Below are positions 19,412-29,593 of a stretch of DNA of 64,000 bases, in pieces. Below the pieces are notes generated by a model that saw only the letters and a list, made by a program, of their open reading frames with translations, was not told where the DNA came from and did not search any database. Within the stretch, counting starts at the first letter, position 1; every line of letters begins with the position of its first letter. The DNA lies in the IMG/VR virus record IMGVR_UViG_3300035208_003131, positions 1 to 64,000 of that record. The stretch is one strand, 5' to 3'. A program made the translations under genes and the position numbers. This DNA comes from a virus. Taxonomy: Duplodnaviria > Caudoviricetes.

Positions 19412-20374
19412 ATATCCCTTAAGGGAAGTGACCCCCTGACACTTAGGACAAATATGATTAACAATTGGTTCAACTATTAAACTATTATTATTCACGGCTT
19501 TAACTAAATCTAAGAAATCCAAAATATCCCATTGTTTAATTTCCTCTACACGTCCACGTAGATCAGCAATTCCAATATCAGTTACAGACGCAATTCGTAA
19601 TAAATCTAAATACTCAGCGGTTATATCAATATCTTTATCAAAGAAATCAGTTTTTAATACTTCATTAATTAAACTTGAATGAAAACGTCTACCAATATAA
19701 AGATCAACTTCTCTACCTGAATTTAATTTAATTGTAATAAATCCATCTTTTTCATATTTCGCTGCAATCTCATCTGGAAGTACATTAGCATCCCATGTAA
19801 TTTGGTTAAAAGGAATTTCATAATCAGGATCATGTAATTCAAAATCACAGTTTTCATTCTCACATACAAACCCATTTGAAGGGAAATTATATCCAGGAAA
19901 TGAAGTAGCACGAAGCCACATAGATATGTATAATTCGTCAACAGAAAGAATTTCATCTGGAAGAACATCACGTATTCTACGTCCAAAAATTTCATCAAAC
20001 CTTGATTGAATATTTGTCTCATCAATTGATTGAATTAACAAAAGATCTTCAACTTTCAATGCTTGACCTAACATTTTGTTTCTATAAAATAAACCTTTTG
20101 ATGGAAGATTTTCAACTTCAAGAAATGTATCATGTACTTTAACTTCCTGTGTGGCCGGAGCCGCAGCAGGAGGTGTTGTAATTTCAGGTGCAATCCTTGT
20201 CATAGGCTTTTGAGGTATAGCTACATCTTGTATCGTAGGTTGTTTAGGTTTGGTTGATTCAAATGGCTCAACCCCACCTAGACCCAAGCTACGCAGTTGA
20301 CGCTGTGCTTCTTTGGCTTGACGTAATGACGCTAATGATTCAGCATCAAGCATTTGGTTTAAATTATCCGGCAT
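19373..20374 (-). CDS. Baseplate hub assembly chaperone, gp26-like
   Basis: LPSKGLFY...LKVEDLLLI...LSVDELYISMWLRATS...CENENC...CPKC. Confidence 0.8.
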   Translation of the reverse strand: MPDNLNQMLDAESLASLRQAKEAQRQLRSLGLGGVEPFESTKPKQPTIQDVAIPQKPMTRIAPEITTPPAAAPATQEVKVHDTFLEVENLPSKGLFYRNKMLGQALKVEDLLLIQSIDETNIQSRFDEIFGRRIRDVLPDEILSVDELYISMWLRATSFPGYNFPSNGFVCENENCDFELHDPDYEIPFNQITWDANVLPDEIAAKYEKDGFITIKLNSGREVDLYIGRRFHSSLINEVLKTDFFDKDIDITAEYLDLLRIASVTDIGIADLRGRVEEIKQWDILDFLDLVKAVNNNSLIVEPIVNHICPKCQGVTSLKGYPFRPEIYIPFST

Positions 20375-20378
20375 TGTG

Positions 20379-21095
20379 TTATACTCCTTGTAGACATTCC
20401 TCGACTACCTTCGCTCGCTTGAGCAGATCAACGATGTCACCCTCGATGTTATATAATTTAACATCTCCAATATCTACATCTTCCATGATCTTATACCAAT
20501 TATCACCAGTATAGAATTCAGTTAGGTATTGATCTCTAATACCATCCTTTAATCTGTTTATACCTTGAGTTTTCCACGGATGTGTCACAAAAATGGCATT
20601 ATAGAAATTTTTTGTATTTACTTCAGCAGTTTCTTTACATAATCCAATCAAAAACTTACAGTGATCATTAGGCTCTTTATTCAATTGACTTTGAAGATAC
20701 TTCATACCACCTACAGTGATTGCATAAAAATCAATTGGACTTCTATCAGTTAACAACATTACAGGTGTAGTGTGTGTATCTTGGGTTGAAAGAAAAACTT
20801 CAGTTGAAAAATCATTAAGTAATTGCATTTGAGATTTAATATACTTTTCATATATCTCATCGATTTTTGTATTAAGTTCATCAGGCGTTGCACCCTCAAT
20901 AACATCACGATACGTTTGAAGAAGACCAACCGGATTAACATACGTATTCTTGTTAAACAAATAACGAATAATTCCAGTACTTGGAGAGATTCGATGTCCA
21001 TTAATTGGACCTCTTACATTGCGAATGATGGTTGTTTTACCAGCACCCGATTGTCCAAAAAACCCAATAATTTTTAAATTTTTATTTCTATTCAT
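20379..21095 (-). CDS. P-loop nucleotide kinase, AAA_28/NadR-like
   Basis: IGFFGQSGAGKTT; LLTDRSPID. Confidence 0.75.
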   Translation of the reverse strand: MNRNKNLKIIGFFGQSGAGKTTIIRNVRGPINGHRISPSTGIIRYLFNKNTYVNPVGLLQTYRDVIEGATPDELNTKIDEIYEKYIKSQMQLLNDFSTEVFLSTQDTHTTPVMLLTDRSPIDFYAITVGGMKYLQSQLNKEPNDHCKFLIGLCKETAEVNTKNFYNAIFVTHPWKTQGINRLKDGIRDQYLTEFYTGDNWYKIMEDVDIGDVKLYNIEGDIVDLLKRAKVVEECLQGV

Positions 21096-21100
21096 TTTTA

Positions 21101-22603
21101 TTACTCCTTAGTGGAATTAGTGATATCAGCTGGTAGGGCTACTTTTGGTGTAGTCACCGCAGCTACCTGCTTGTCTTTTGCGGCATTAGCCTCCGACTCA
21201 ATCTGTACACGAGTTTCAGTTGCTATAGCTTCACGAGCCATTGCTAAATCTCTACCAAGCATGATAACGAAATAGCCTTGAATAATATTTGGAGATGTAA
21301 TCAAACGACCTTCAACATATGGACGATATTTATTATATGCTTCGTTCCAACGAGCAGGAATTTTATGTGATTCAATCATAGCACGAATTTTTTTAGCTGG
21401 GGTATCTTTACCGAACGTAAGACCAGCACGGAAGCCAAGCATACTAGCTTGCATTTCTTTACGATCATCATCACTTACATAATCAGGGATTAAATGTTCA
21501 ATTCCACATATAGATAACGCACCATAAGATGTTGAAAATAGAATATCTTCCTCACCAGTAGTTATTTCATATGCATTTCCGTCAAGTGAATCAGGAAGAG
21601 TATGAATAACAAAATCATATCCAAAGTCACGCTCAATTGCATATGTAGGAAAAATGTTTGATTTATTCACATATGGATTTGCCCAATGATAAATATGTTT
21701 AATCTTACCACGTTGCATTAATCCTAAAATATGTTCATTTACCTCATCAACAGAACTTAATGTAATTTCCATCTTGCGATAGTTTTCCATAATAAATTCT
21801 TCAACATTAGCGGGTATACTCACACCTTTAACAAGAACTTTTGGTTTTTCCATTGTAAGCATAGTCATGTTTTTATTATCACGTGTAAAGTTTTTATACA
21901 CTGGTGAAAATTCTGCATTCATTGCAGTTGGAATTACAGCAATTGGTTTATCTACATCAAGAACTAACGGACGAATATTTTTTGAACGTGCTTGATCCGA
22001 TAAATGTCTAATCATATCTTTTAATTCGACAGTTGGGACCACTATAATATCCGCAATGTTCATGAATGTTTCCATGATTTGCATAGTTTGAATATCATGT
22101 GAACGTCCTACAGGACCTTCCCATATGAATTCATCTAGTGCATACACAATACGAATTTTATTTTCACGTTTAACACTAAGTTGTTTAACATACGCAAATG
22201 CTTTATCTTTATCTTCAGCCTCAAGAGTCGCAATTGTTTCTTTCCAGTTAGGATCGATTTCACCAAGAAATTCAGGATGAATTTCAGATAATTTTTTAGC
22301 TGCTAAATAATCAGTTGCATTATCAACCCAAAGGATATTAATACCTTTTAGATCTTCCATAGTCATTTTTGCTAACTTAGATGATGGAGCTGTCATATAT
22401 GTAATGTCAGCTTGCTTCGTATAGAATTCAGCAAAATTTCTAAGTGCAGTTTCACCACGGAATGGACGCAAACGAGAGTTTCCATCGGTGATATATAGAA
22501 TGTTAAAAACTGGACGTTTCGATGCCAGTTCTCTTAATTCATCGGTTAATACAAAATCGGACTTTACGTCTTCTACTTCTATTTCATTAGGTTCCACAGA
22601 CAT
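21101..22603 (-). CDS. GT-B fold (GT4-like) glycosyltransferase-like protein, divergent
   Basis: NILYITDG, RIVYALDE, ADIIVVPTVELKD, IAVIPTAM. Confidence 0.5.
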   Translation of the reverse strand: MSVEPNEIEVEDVKSDFVLTDELRELASKRPVFNILYITDGNSRLRPFRGETALRNFAEFYTKQADITYMTAPSSKLAKMTMEDLKGINILWVDNATDYLAAKKLSEIHPEFLGEIDPNWKETIATLEAEDKDKAFAYVKQLSVKRENKIRIVYALDEFIWEGPVGRSHDIQTMQIMETFMNIADIIVVPTVELKDMIRHLSDQARSKNIRPLVLDVDKPIAVIPTAMNAEFSPVYKNFTRDNKNMTMLTMEKPKVLVKGVSIPANVEEFIMENYRKMEITLSSVDEVNEHILGLMQRGKIKHIYHWANPYVNKSNIFPTYAIERDFGYDFVIHTLPDSLDGNAYEITTGEEDILFSTSYGALSICGIEHLIPDYVSDDDRKEMQASMLGFRAGLTFGKDTPAKKIRAMIESHKIPARWNEAYNKYRPYVEGRLITSPNIIQGYFVIMLGRDLAMAREAIATETRVQIESEANAAKDKQVAAVTTPKVALPADITNSTKE

Positions 22604-22611
22604 TTATACCT

Positions 22612-23730
22612 CTATGAGTTAATGGTTTCATCAAAAATATTGATTTGGTTCATGATAGCAGCTTTTACATCTGCTTGTAATTTTAATTTTGGAAGGTCTT
22701 CAGTATTTTGTTCCATGTAAATTTCAGACAGACTTACAGTATTCATTTTCATGATCTGATTCGCTTCTCTTTGCTCTTCAGGTTTAGATTCATCATCGAC
22801 TCTATCATCACTATATGGCATAGTCCTAATTAAGATAGGTTTTTTATTTTCAATTTTCAATCTTATTTCAAATTCTTCTTCTTTAGAATGAGTGTCACAT
22901 ATATGTAAACGGACAAAACTATTTTCTAAACTTTCTATTGCATCTATATCGTCAGTATCCCATATATCTTTAAAATTGGGTGAGATAGTGTTCTCAATAT
23001 ATTCCATGTTCATATCTTCATCTAAAATCCATACACCATGACTTTGATCCGCATTTGCAAATGTCATTGGATATGGCGAACCTAAATATATTAATTTATC
23101 CGAACCCTTTTCAGTAATTGACTGTCCATGATAATGTCCACTAAATACATGTGCAGCTGCATTCATATATAAATTTGGATCAAGGCCGAAAGTTGATACA
23201 CTCTTACCTTCCATATTAATTCCGAACATTTCAAAGTGACCAAACATTACTGTGTTATCTCGAACCTTACGTGAATTACCAGACATTTTATTTAAAAATT
23301 CAACTACCTTGGTTTCACGATCAGCTATAATCCAAGGAAATATATACCATTTTTTATTTAGGAATGTTTTAACTGTAACATTCTTACGATATACAGTTAC
23401 ATTTGGAATATCTTCAAAAAGTTCAAGTGCTGTAATATCATACGCATTTTCATGGTACATATCATGATTACCAAGAATTATATGAATATCAAAATCTTTC
23501 ATCTTGGTTTGGAATAATCGTTTAGTATTGACTAATGCTTCTACATTAATCGACTGACGTGTGTCATGGATATCACCAGTAAATAAAACTGTTTTAATAT
23601 TACGCTCATTTAATTCCCCAATTAAGTAATCGAAGAACGCCAATTGACCTTCTTTAATGTTCTTTTTTATTAGGGGATGTTCCGCTTTTCTACTAAAATG
23701 CGTATCACCAATTAAGCATATCTTATCCAT
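22612..23730 (-). CDS. 47: Recombination endonuclease subunit gp47 (Mre11/SbcD)
   Basis: GDTHF, TGDIHD, GNHDMY, FGHFE, SGHYH, YLGSP. Confidence 0.92.
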   Translation of the reverse strand: MDKICLIGDTHFSRKAEHPLIKKNIKEGQLAFFDYLIGELNERNIKTVLFTGDIHDTRQSINVEALVNTKRLFQTKMKDFDIHIILGNHDMYHENAYDITALELFEDIPNVTVYRKNVTVKTFLNKKWYIFPWIIADRETKVVEFLNKMSGNSRKVRDNTVMFGHFEMFGINMEGKSVSTFGLDPNLYMNAAAHVFSGHYHGQSITEKGSDKLIYLGSPYPMTFANADQSHGVWILDEDMNMEYIENTISPNFKDIWDTDDIDAIESLENSFVRLHICDTHSKEEEFEIRLKIENKKPILIRTMPYSDDRVDDESKPEEQREANQIMKMNTVSLSEIYMEQNTEDLPKLKLQADVKAAIMNQINIFDETINS

Positions 23731-23769
23731 GCTTAATAATGTACTATAAAAATGTTTTAAATGGTGGAT

Positions 23770-24363
23770 TTATTTAAAATCTTGTTCAATTATTTCAATC
23801 ACATCTTCATCAGTTGTAGAAGGGACATCAGGTAACGAATCAAGAATAGTATCATCATCTCTAGCTTCTTTAACAAAAGCAATCCAATCCTTTGGTGACA
23901 TGGTTTTAGATGTAGACTCATCGTCTCCCATAAGAGTAAGACCTTTCATCTCTTCTTCTTGTTTGAACTTAAGAATCATATTTGTTAATTTATCAATACT
24001 ACCAGTAACAGAATCAATAAGTTTTGCACCAGAAGCCCACATACGATCATTTGGATTTACAGATTGATCAATCTGATCTCTAAATCGATTTAATAATGAA
24101 CGACTAATATCATATACTTCAAATGCCTCAGTCTTAATGCGGATTTTATCTTGCTCAAGCTCTTCGAGATCAAATCCACTCTTAACTAAATCACTGGCTG
24201 ACATTTCATCCAACACATCCATCTGCTTGGTTTTATTAACCAATTCTTTCGTTTTTGCTTTAACCCCATCAACTAGCACCGGACGCAAATTATCTTCACT
24301 CTGTGCTGTGGATCCTTGGGGTAATCCTAATAATCTTTCAATTCCTGCGTATTTTTCTGACAT
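23770..24363 (-). CDS. Terminase small subunit, gp16-like
   Basis: PNDRMWASGAKLIDSVTGSIDKL resembles the gp16 PRAYEV..QLI...D..KL helix. Confidence 0.6.
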   Translation of the reverse strand: MSEKYAGIERLLGLPQGSTAQSEDNLRPVLVDGVKAKTKELVNKTKQMDVLDEMSASDLVKSGFDLEELEQDKIRIKTEAFEVYDISRSLLNRFRDQIDQSVNPNDRMWASGAKLIDSVTGSIDKLTNMILKFKQEEEMKGLTLMGDDESTSKTMSPKDWIAFVKEARDDDTILDSLPDVPSTTDEDVIEIIEQDFK

Positions 24364-24423
24364 AGATAGTATATTTTAGTGTATAACCTTTAATGAATAA
24401 TATATGCAATTTAAATTGCTTAA

Positions 24424-24897
24424 ATGGAGTTTTTTATTATGGCAGTCCCTAGACCACCAATTAATATTGAAAGTAACAAAATTAAAGAACTACGTGATTG
24501 GATTAATCAGTACTTAAATGCCGAAGATACAAACGGAGAACTTGATCTTAATAGAGCACAGCGTAACATTAATTATTGTGCTGGTGATTTCTACACAAAT
24601 CTTAACGGAATTTACATGCAAGAAGAATTTAAATTACGACAACTCGAAAGTGATCTATCTAAAATTAAAGCAATACAATATGATAAAATCAAACGATTCA
24701 CCGATTATGTAGTTGAATCCGCTGGTATAAAAATATTACTTGATGGAAATGAAGAAGTTCGTAAAAAACAACTTGAACTAGATAAACAAGAAGCCTATTT
24801 AGATTTCCTTGACCGATCACTCAAACAATTCAGTTTCTATTCAAATAAAGTAGAAATAATGTTAAAGGCTCGTGAAGCTCAAGAAAGATATGGATAA
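24424..24897 (+). CDS. uvsY: Recombination mediator UvsY-like
   Basis: Helical; KILLDGNEEV...YLDFLDRSLKQFSFYSNKVEIM follows the UvsY C-terminal pattern. Confidence 0.65.
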   Translation: MEFFIMAVPRPPINIESNKIKELRDWINQYLNAEDTNGELDLNRAQRNINYCAGDFYTNLNGIYMQEEFKLRQLESDLSKIKAIQYDKIKRFTDYVVESAGIKILLDGNEEVRKKQLELDKQEAYLDFLDRSLKQFSFYSNKVEIMLKAREAQERYG

Positions 24898-24923
24898 AAA
24901 AAAGGAGCAATTAAGCTCCCTTT
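24896..24923. terminator. Bidirectional terminator
   Basis: A-run, GGAGC-AATTAA-GCTCC, then CTTT, between convergent genes. Confidence 0.6.
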
Positions 24924-24928
24924 ATTAT

Positions 24929-25609
24929 TTAAAGTCCAGTTGTATAATCTTCTGGAATCTGAATTGTCCATCTATCAGCATGTAATGTAAACTTGAAGTT
25001 TGCAATATCACCTTGCTTATAATTAAGATCAAAACCTGCAACCGAAGTTGGATATGCATTAATAAGATTCAATCTCATAATGACATCACCACGCATCCAG
25101 TTATATAGTTCAATTTTAATATTAGCATTACGAAGAACTTGTTGTGTAGGATTCTCAATATCTTTATGATTACCAAGACCAAGACGCAACCCAGTTTGAT
25201 TCATTCTATCTTTACCTTGTGAATCCACAAGAATACCTGTATTTAAACAGGCTTGTTCCCAACCTAACATTGCTTCATAACCTCTCATATCTTCCAAAAG
25301 AATACTTTCGAAATCGATATCAGTAGCTATTTGAGCGTTAACAGGATGACTAGAAGGAAACCCCATATAATGATGTTGTCCTTGATCAAGTTTAATAGTT
25401 GGAATCTGACAACTCTTCACATGAAGTGCAAAGTTATCAGTACCATCTTCACCATTGGTGAATTGATCACCATTAGTTACTTGAATACCACTTGCTGCAA
25501 ACACCTCAGAAGGTATTAATACCCTCCAACGTGTAGTTCTTACAGGATCTCTTAAGTTATCAATAGCACTTAAGAAAAATAATTTTGTTTGATTACTAAA
25601 ATCGGCCAT
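24929..25609 (-). CDS. 19: Tail tube protein gp19
   Basis: LRDPVRTTRWRV...VKSCQIP...AYPTSVAGFDLNY...FKFTLHADRW; directly after the sheath gene. Confidence 0.85.
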   Translation of the reverse strand: MADFSNQTKLFFLSAIDNLRDPVRTTRWRVLIPSEVFAASGIQVTNGDQFTNGEDGTDNFALHVKSCQIPTIKLDQGQHHYMGFPSSHPVNAQIATDIDFESILLEDMRGYEAMLGWEQACLNTGILVDSQGKDRMNQTGLRLGLGNHKDIENPTQQVLRNANIKIELYNWMRGDVIMRLNLINAYPTSVAGFDLNYKQGDIANFKFTLHADRWTIQIPEDYTTGL

Positions 25610-25614
25610 TTGAA

Positions 25615-28600
25615 TTAACCTCCAATTAATTGAGCACTTGCGATAGTCGCAGTGTCACCAGTTCTTTGTACAGTAGTTCTGAGAGTAATAAACTCAGCAG
25701 TTCTTGTTGGTTGTAGATAAATATCAACGATCAATTGATTAGTATCAATTATATCAGTAGTATTATTTGTTTCATCACAAACACAGATACCTTCTGTTAA
25801 ACCAGCAGGATTAGCTGATTTAATTAACTCAAGTTGTGCTTGAAGTTCAGAAGTAATTCCATTTCTTAATGCACTAGTATTCAATTGGAATACTTTACGA
25901 TCTAAGAAGTTAGCGAATCTTTTATGAATACCAGCCACCAACATGATTACATTTAATCTGTTTAATGCAGTTGAACGTTTCAACATAGTCTTTTGACCAT
26001 AAATGAATTGTCCTTGATCATTAACACGTGTTGGGTTAATATTTGCATCGTAAAGGCGAGCAATATCAGAAGTCGCATCATCAGCATAATTATATGAACG
26101 GCTATATTTTTGTTTACTTGAAAGTGATGCTGGTATTGCACCTGTTTCATAACCAGCAGGTGGCAACCAATAAACATTTGCAGCTCTATTAAGACTAATA
26201 ATTGCCGCAACTTCAATTGATTTTACAACTTCAACATTAAGTTTTGTGTAAACACTATCATAGAAAATTGAACGACCATCAAATAATGCACCCCAACGAG
26301 CAAGGTCACCTTGAGAACCAATACCAACCATTTTTTTAAGTGCGTTGTTAACTTTCGCTTCATCAACACCATCAAAAATAGCAAATATATCTTTTCGTTT
26401 TTCACAAATACCAAGCATTACATCCATTACGTTATAGTTAATCTGTTCAAGATTTTTAACGAATAAATTACTAATTGCAGTACCAGCAGATATTAGCATA
26501 TCAGCACTTGCTGTATCTTTATCAAGAAATAACTCCCAAGCAGTAGCAAGCATTGCAGAACCATTATTATTACGAGGATCATATTCCCATATTGCATCAT
26601 AAACGATTGCGGGATCCTCAGCATTAAATGCAACTTGCGTAAAATCACTTGTTACCGCACCAGCATATACACTTTGAGAAAGATCAAAATTAGGATCTAA
26701 AATTGCATTCTCTAATGACATATTTTCGTTTATAACAAATTCCCAACCATTAGCTACATTATCAGCTTGTTCCTTAATATCAAGGTTAAGGTCACCAAAT
26801 ACATAAGGTGTGATAGTTCCACTAAAGCTATATAATTCACCAGCAAAATAATACTCTACAAATAGAAAAATTCTTGCAACAGCTTTACCAGTATCAGTTA
26901 ATGTAAATACACGATCTTGACCACCATCAAAATCAATATCTTGATAATCTTCAATAGCAAGACCAAGACTTAAAAATGTTCTACCAATTGTATCATCTAG
27001 AACTATACCAGTTGTAGTTGCATCAATTGTTTTTTCAGGTGATGTTAATAAATCCATATCACCAGGAACGGCCAACGCAGCAATGCTATTTGTATCAACA
27101 AATGATGTTGCTTCATCTTGAGTATCTTCAGGAACACTAAGACCAAATGATCCAATAATGTCTAATCTTAGGTTTTTATAACCATCACTAAGTGATACTG
27201 AATTTTTACCATCAGTTAAATTAAGAATTGTTAATGTTCCAGTTGGAGTTGAACTCATTACAACCTCTGCACCAGCAGTTGTTTTAAGAGAGATAGTATC
27301 ATTACCAAGATCGACAGTAGCGATTTGATAAATAGTACCAGCGGTGATTCCAGTAGGAAGTGTGATTGTTCCAGATACAATATCTTCGTAATTACTAAGA
27401 ATAACAGAATCATTGACACTGAAGTTAGACGCTCCGCTTAAAGAAAGTTGAATTAAACTAGTAGTTACTAAAGAACCATCAAATGTAGTTTTTGCATTAC
27501 TGCTACTTGCATATCCGATATCAACTAAAGCATCTTGAATATTTCTAAGAATTTCAGTTTGGTTAACGATTGTATTAGGTCCAGTTCCATCATCAGTCAT
27601 TACAACTGCGGTAGCTGAACCGTCATTAGCAACGATTGTTAAAGTAGTTGAATTAATTTCACTAATAAGATAGTCAGTACTTATCGCTAATCCAGCAGGA
27701 AGTGTGTTAGTTTCAACTAAAGTAACAGAGTCACCAACATTAAATTTAGTAGCATCAGTTACAATCAACTCATTAGCAGCAGTTGCGAATGCAGTAGTGA
27801 ATGTATCATTTACAATATCAATTCCAATATTATCAGCACTAGTTACTACATCACCATTATCAACATCGATGAATTCCAATACGCTTTCTGTATTATCCGA
27901 ATCAACCACAGTAAACGTATCACCACTATTAGCAGGTAAAATTACATTACTACCACCTTTAATTTCAAGGTAGTCATATTTCTTAGTAGCTTTTCCAGTT
28001 GCAACAGTTTTAACATTGATATAATCAACACCACTAGTATCAGTATCTTCATTTCTAAATACAGCACCTTCAGATTCAGTTGCAGTAACCGTAGTAGTAG
28101 GAGTATATGTAAATTGAGTTGAAGTTAAATTTGTTGAAAGAACAACTACATTAGTCTCATTAAAATCAACAGTTCCTGTTATGTTCACTTCATCACCAGC
28201 GGTAAATCCATGAGCTGATGATGTGTTAACAGTTACATCAACACCCGAAGATGTGATTGTATTAATTACAAAACGATCACCAGCACGGTTAGCCGCAGTT
28301 GGATCACTATTCATAAGTGCGAATAACGCAACACGATCGGTTCCACCAGAAGCATCATCTTGTCCATCAGCATCAATTTCAAAATTAATGTTAGTATGTT
28401 CAGATAGTGTTTCAGTTATGGTATAAATCTCACGAGTTCCTTTACCAGCTAAACCATCAGCGATGTGACGAGTTGCGGCATAATGATCAATATTAAATGA
28501 TTTACGTGCACCATCAGAAAAATCATATTCAACTAAAAATGTATCAGTTTTCAATTCCTGATTTGTATCATAGTCATCATCATCTTTATCTTCTATGATA

Positions 28601-28878
28601 TCTTCACCATATGGACGAACGTATTCTACGTATCCACCTGCGTTGATAACAGCTCTCGCTGCATATAATCCCTGATTGAATTTTGGGTTGTTATATCCAC
28701 TACCAAGAATAGTATCTTGATCAGCAGTTGATGTAAGATCTATAATCTTATTTAACTCACCTTTAGATGAATATCCAACAACACCTGCTGTAATATTTGG
28801 ATTAATTACCAAATTAACAGCACTTGCGTCTCGCAATCTAATTCTAACGCCAGCAGCACCTTGTCCAAATATTGCCAT
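25615..28878 (-). CDS. 18: Tail sheath protein gp18, enlarged (1087 aa)
   Basis: N-terminal PGV-like AAGVRIRLRD; C-terminal WLPPAG, INP, IYGQKT, ALNRLNV, PTRTAEFITL. Confidence 0.92.
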   Translation of the reverse strand: MAIFGQGAAGVRIRLRDASAVNLVINPNITAGVVGYSSKGELNKIIDLTSTADQDTILGSGYNNPKFNQGLYAARAVINAGGYVEYVRPYGEDIIEDKDDDDYDTNQELKTDTFLVEYDFSDGARKSFNIDHYAATRHIADGLAGKGTREIYTITETLSEHTNINFEIDADGQDDASGGTDRVALFALMNSDPTAANRAGDRFVINTITSSGVDVTVNTSSAHGFTAGDEVNITGTVDFNETNVVVLSTNLTSTQFTYTPTTTVTATESEGAVFRNEDTDTSGVDYINVKTVATGKATKKYDYLEIKGGSNVILPANSGDTFTVVDSDNTESVLEFIDVDNGDVVTSADNIGIDIVNDTFTTAFATAANELIVTDATKFNVGDSVTLVETNTLPAGLAISTDYLISEINSTTLTIVANDGSATAVVMTDDGTGPNTIVNQTEILRNIQDALVDIGYASSSNAKTTFDGSLVTTSLIQLSLSGASNFSVNDSVILSNYEDIVSGTITLPTGITAGTIYQIATVDLGNDTISLKTTAGAEVVMSSTPTGTLTILNLTDGKNSVSLSDGYKNLRLDIIGSFGLSVPEDTQDEATSFVDTNSIAALAVPGDMDLLTSPEKTIDATTTGIVLDDTIGRTFLSLGLAIEDYQDIDFDGGQDRVFTLTDTGKAVARIFLFVEYYFAGELYSFSGTITPYVFGDLNLDIKEQADNVANGWEFVINENMSLENAILDPNFDLSQSVYAGAVTSDFTQVAFNAEDPAIVYDAIWEYDPRNNNGSAMLATAWELFLDKDTASADMLISAGTAISNLFVKNLEQINYNVMDVMLGICEKRKDIFAIFDGVDEAKVNNALKKMVGIGSQGDLARWGALFDGRSIFYDSVYTKLNVEVVKSIEVAAIISLNRAANVYWLPPAGYETGAIPASLSSKQKYSRSYNYADDATSDIARLYDANINPTRVNDQGQFIYGQKTMLKRSTALNRLNVIMLVAGIHKRFANFLDRKVFQLNTSALRNGITSELQAQLELIKSANPAGLTEGICVCDETNNTTDIIDTNQLIVDIYLQPTRTAEFITLRTTVQRTGDTATIASAQLIGG

Positions 28879-28916
28879 TATGTAACTCCTATTTTAAGCT
28901 ATTTTTTCTTTACTTA

Positions 28917-28925
28917 TAGTTTATA
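28917..28925 (-). promoter_or_regulatory. Putative late promoter TATAAACTA
   Basis: Exact motif 38 nt upstream of the sheath ATG. Confidence 0.75.
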
Positions 28926-29038
28926 ACTGTGCATTTTTTATTATTTTTTTGACGATAATAAATGTCATATTATAACATGTTTATATATATGTCACAGTTG
29001 ATTATAATTTTTGCTATATTTAGACTAAACCCCTTTAA

Positions 29039-29554
29039 ATGGAGATAAAAATGAAAAAACAGAATAGAATTAGAGGATTTGAATTGGTTGCTCGCTGGAA
29101 AGATAGTGATATTGATTTCATTCCTCCAGCTCGTGGAAGTAAAAAATCAGCATGCTATGACATGTTTAATAACACAGGAGAGGACATTGTTCTCGAACCA
29201 AATGAAATTAGCGGTGCGATTGCGACCGGATATAAATCATACATGTTAGACGATGAAGTATTGAAAGCATATGTAAGATCCGGACATGGATTTTCATATT
29301 CAGTTAGACTAGCGAATTCTACTGGAATCATTGATTCTGATTACTATGAAGAAAAACCAGTACTGAATAAAAAAGGTAAATGGGTTGAAGGTGAAATATT
29401 CATCAAACTACATAACCAAGGAACTGAAACATTAACTATTCCAAAAGGTGAAGGAATGGCCCAAGTAATGTTTCAAAAATATTTACTTGCGGATGGTGAT
29501 TCATTTGAGATCGGTGATGATCGAACTGATGGATTTGGAAGTACTTCTAAATAA
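29039..29554 (+). CDS. dut: Trimeric dUTPase
   Basis: SACYDM, RSG, GIIDSDY, AQ, RTDGFGSTS (motifs 1-5). Confidence 0.95.
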   Translation: MEIKMKKQNRIRGFELVARWKDSDIDFIPPARGSKKSACYDMFNNTGEDIVLEPNEISGAIATGYKSYMLDDEVLKAYVRSGHGFSYSVRLANSTGIIDSDYYEEKPVLNKKGKWVEGEIFIKLHNQGTETLTIPKGEGMAQVMFQKYLLADGDSFEIGDDRTDGFGSTSK

Positions 29555-29584
29555 AAAAAGCCCCTGATTGCTCAGGGGCTTTTT
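29553..29584. terminator. Bidirectional terminator
   Basis: A7, AGCCCCTGA-TTGC-TCAGGGGCT, T-run, between convergent genes. Confidence 0.85.
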
Positions 29585-29593
29585 ATTTCTTAA

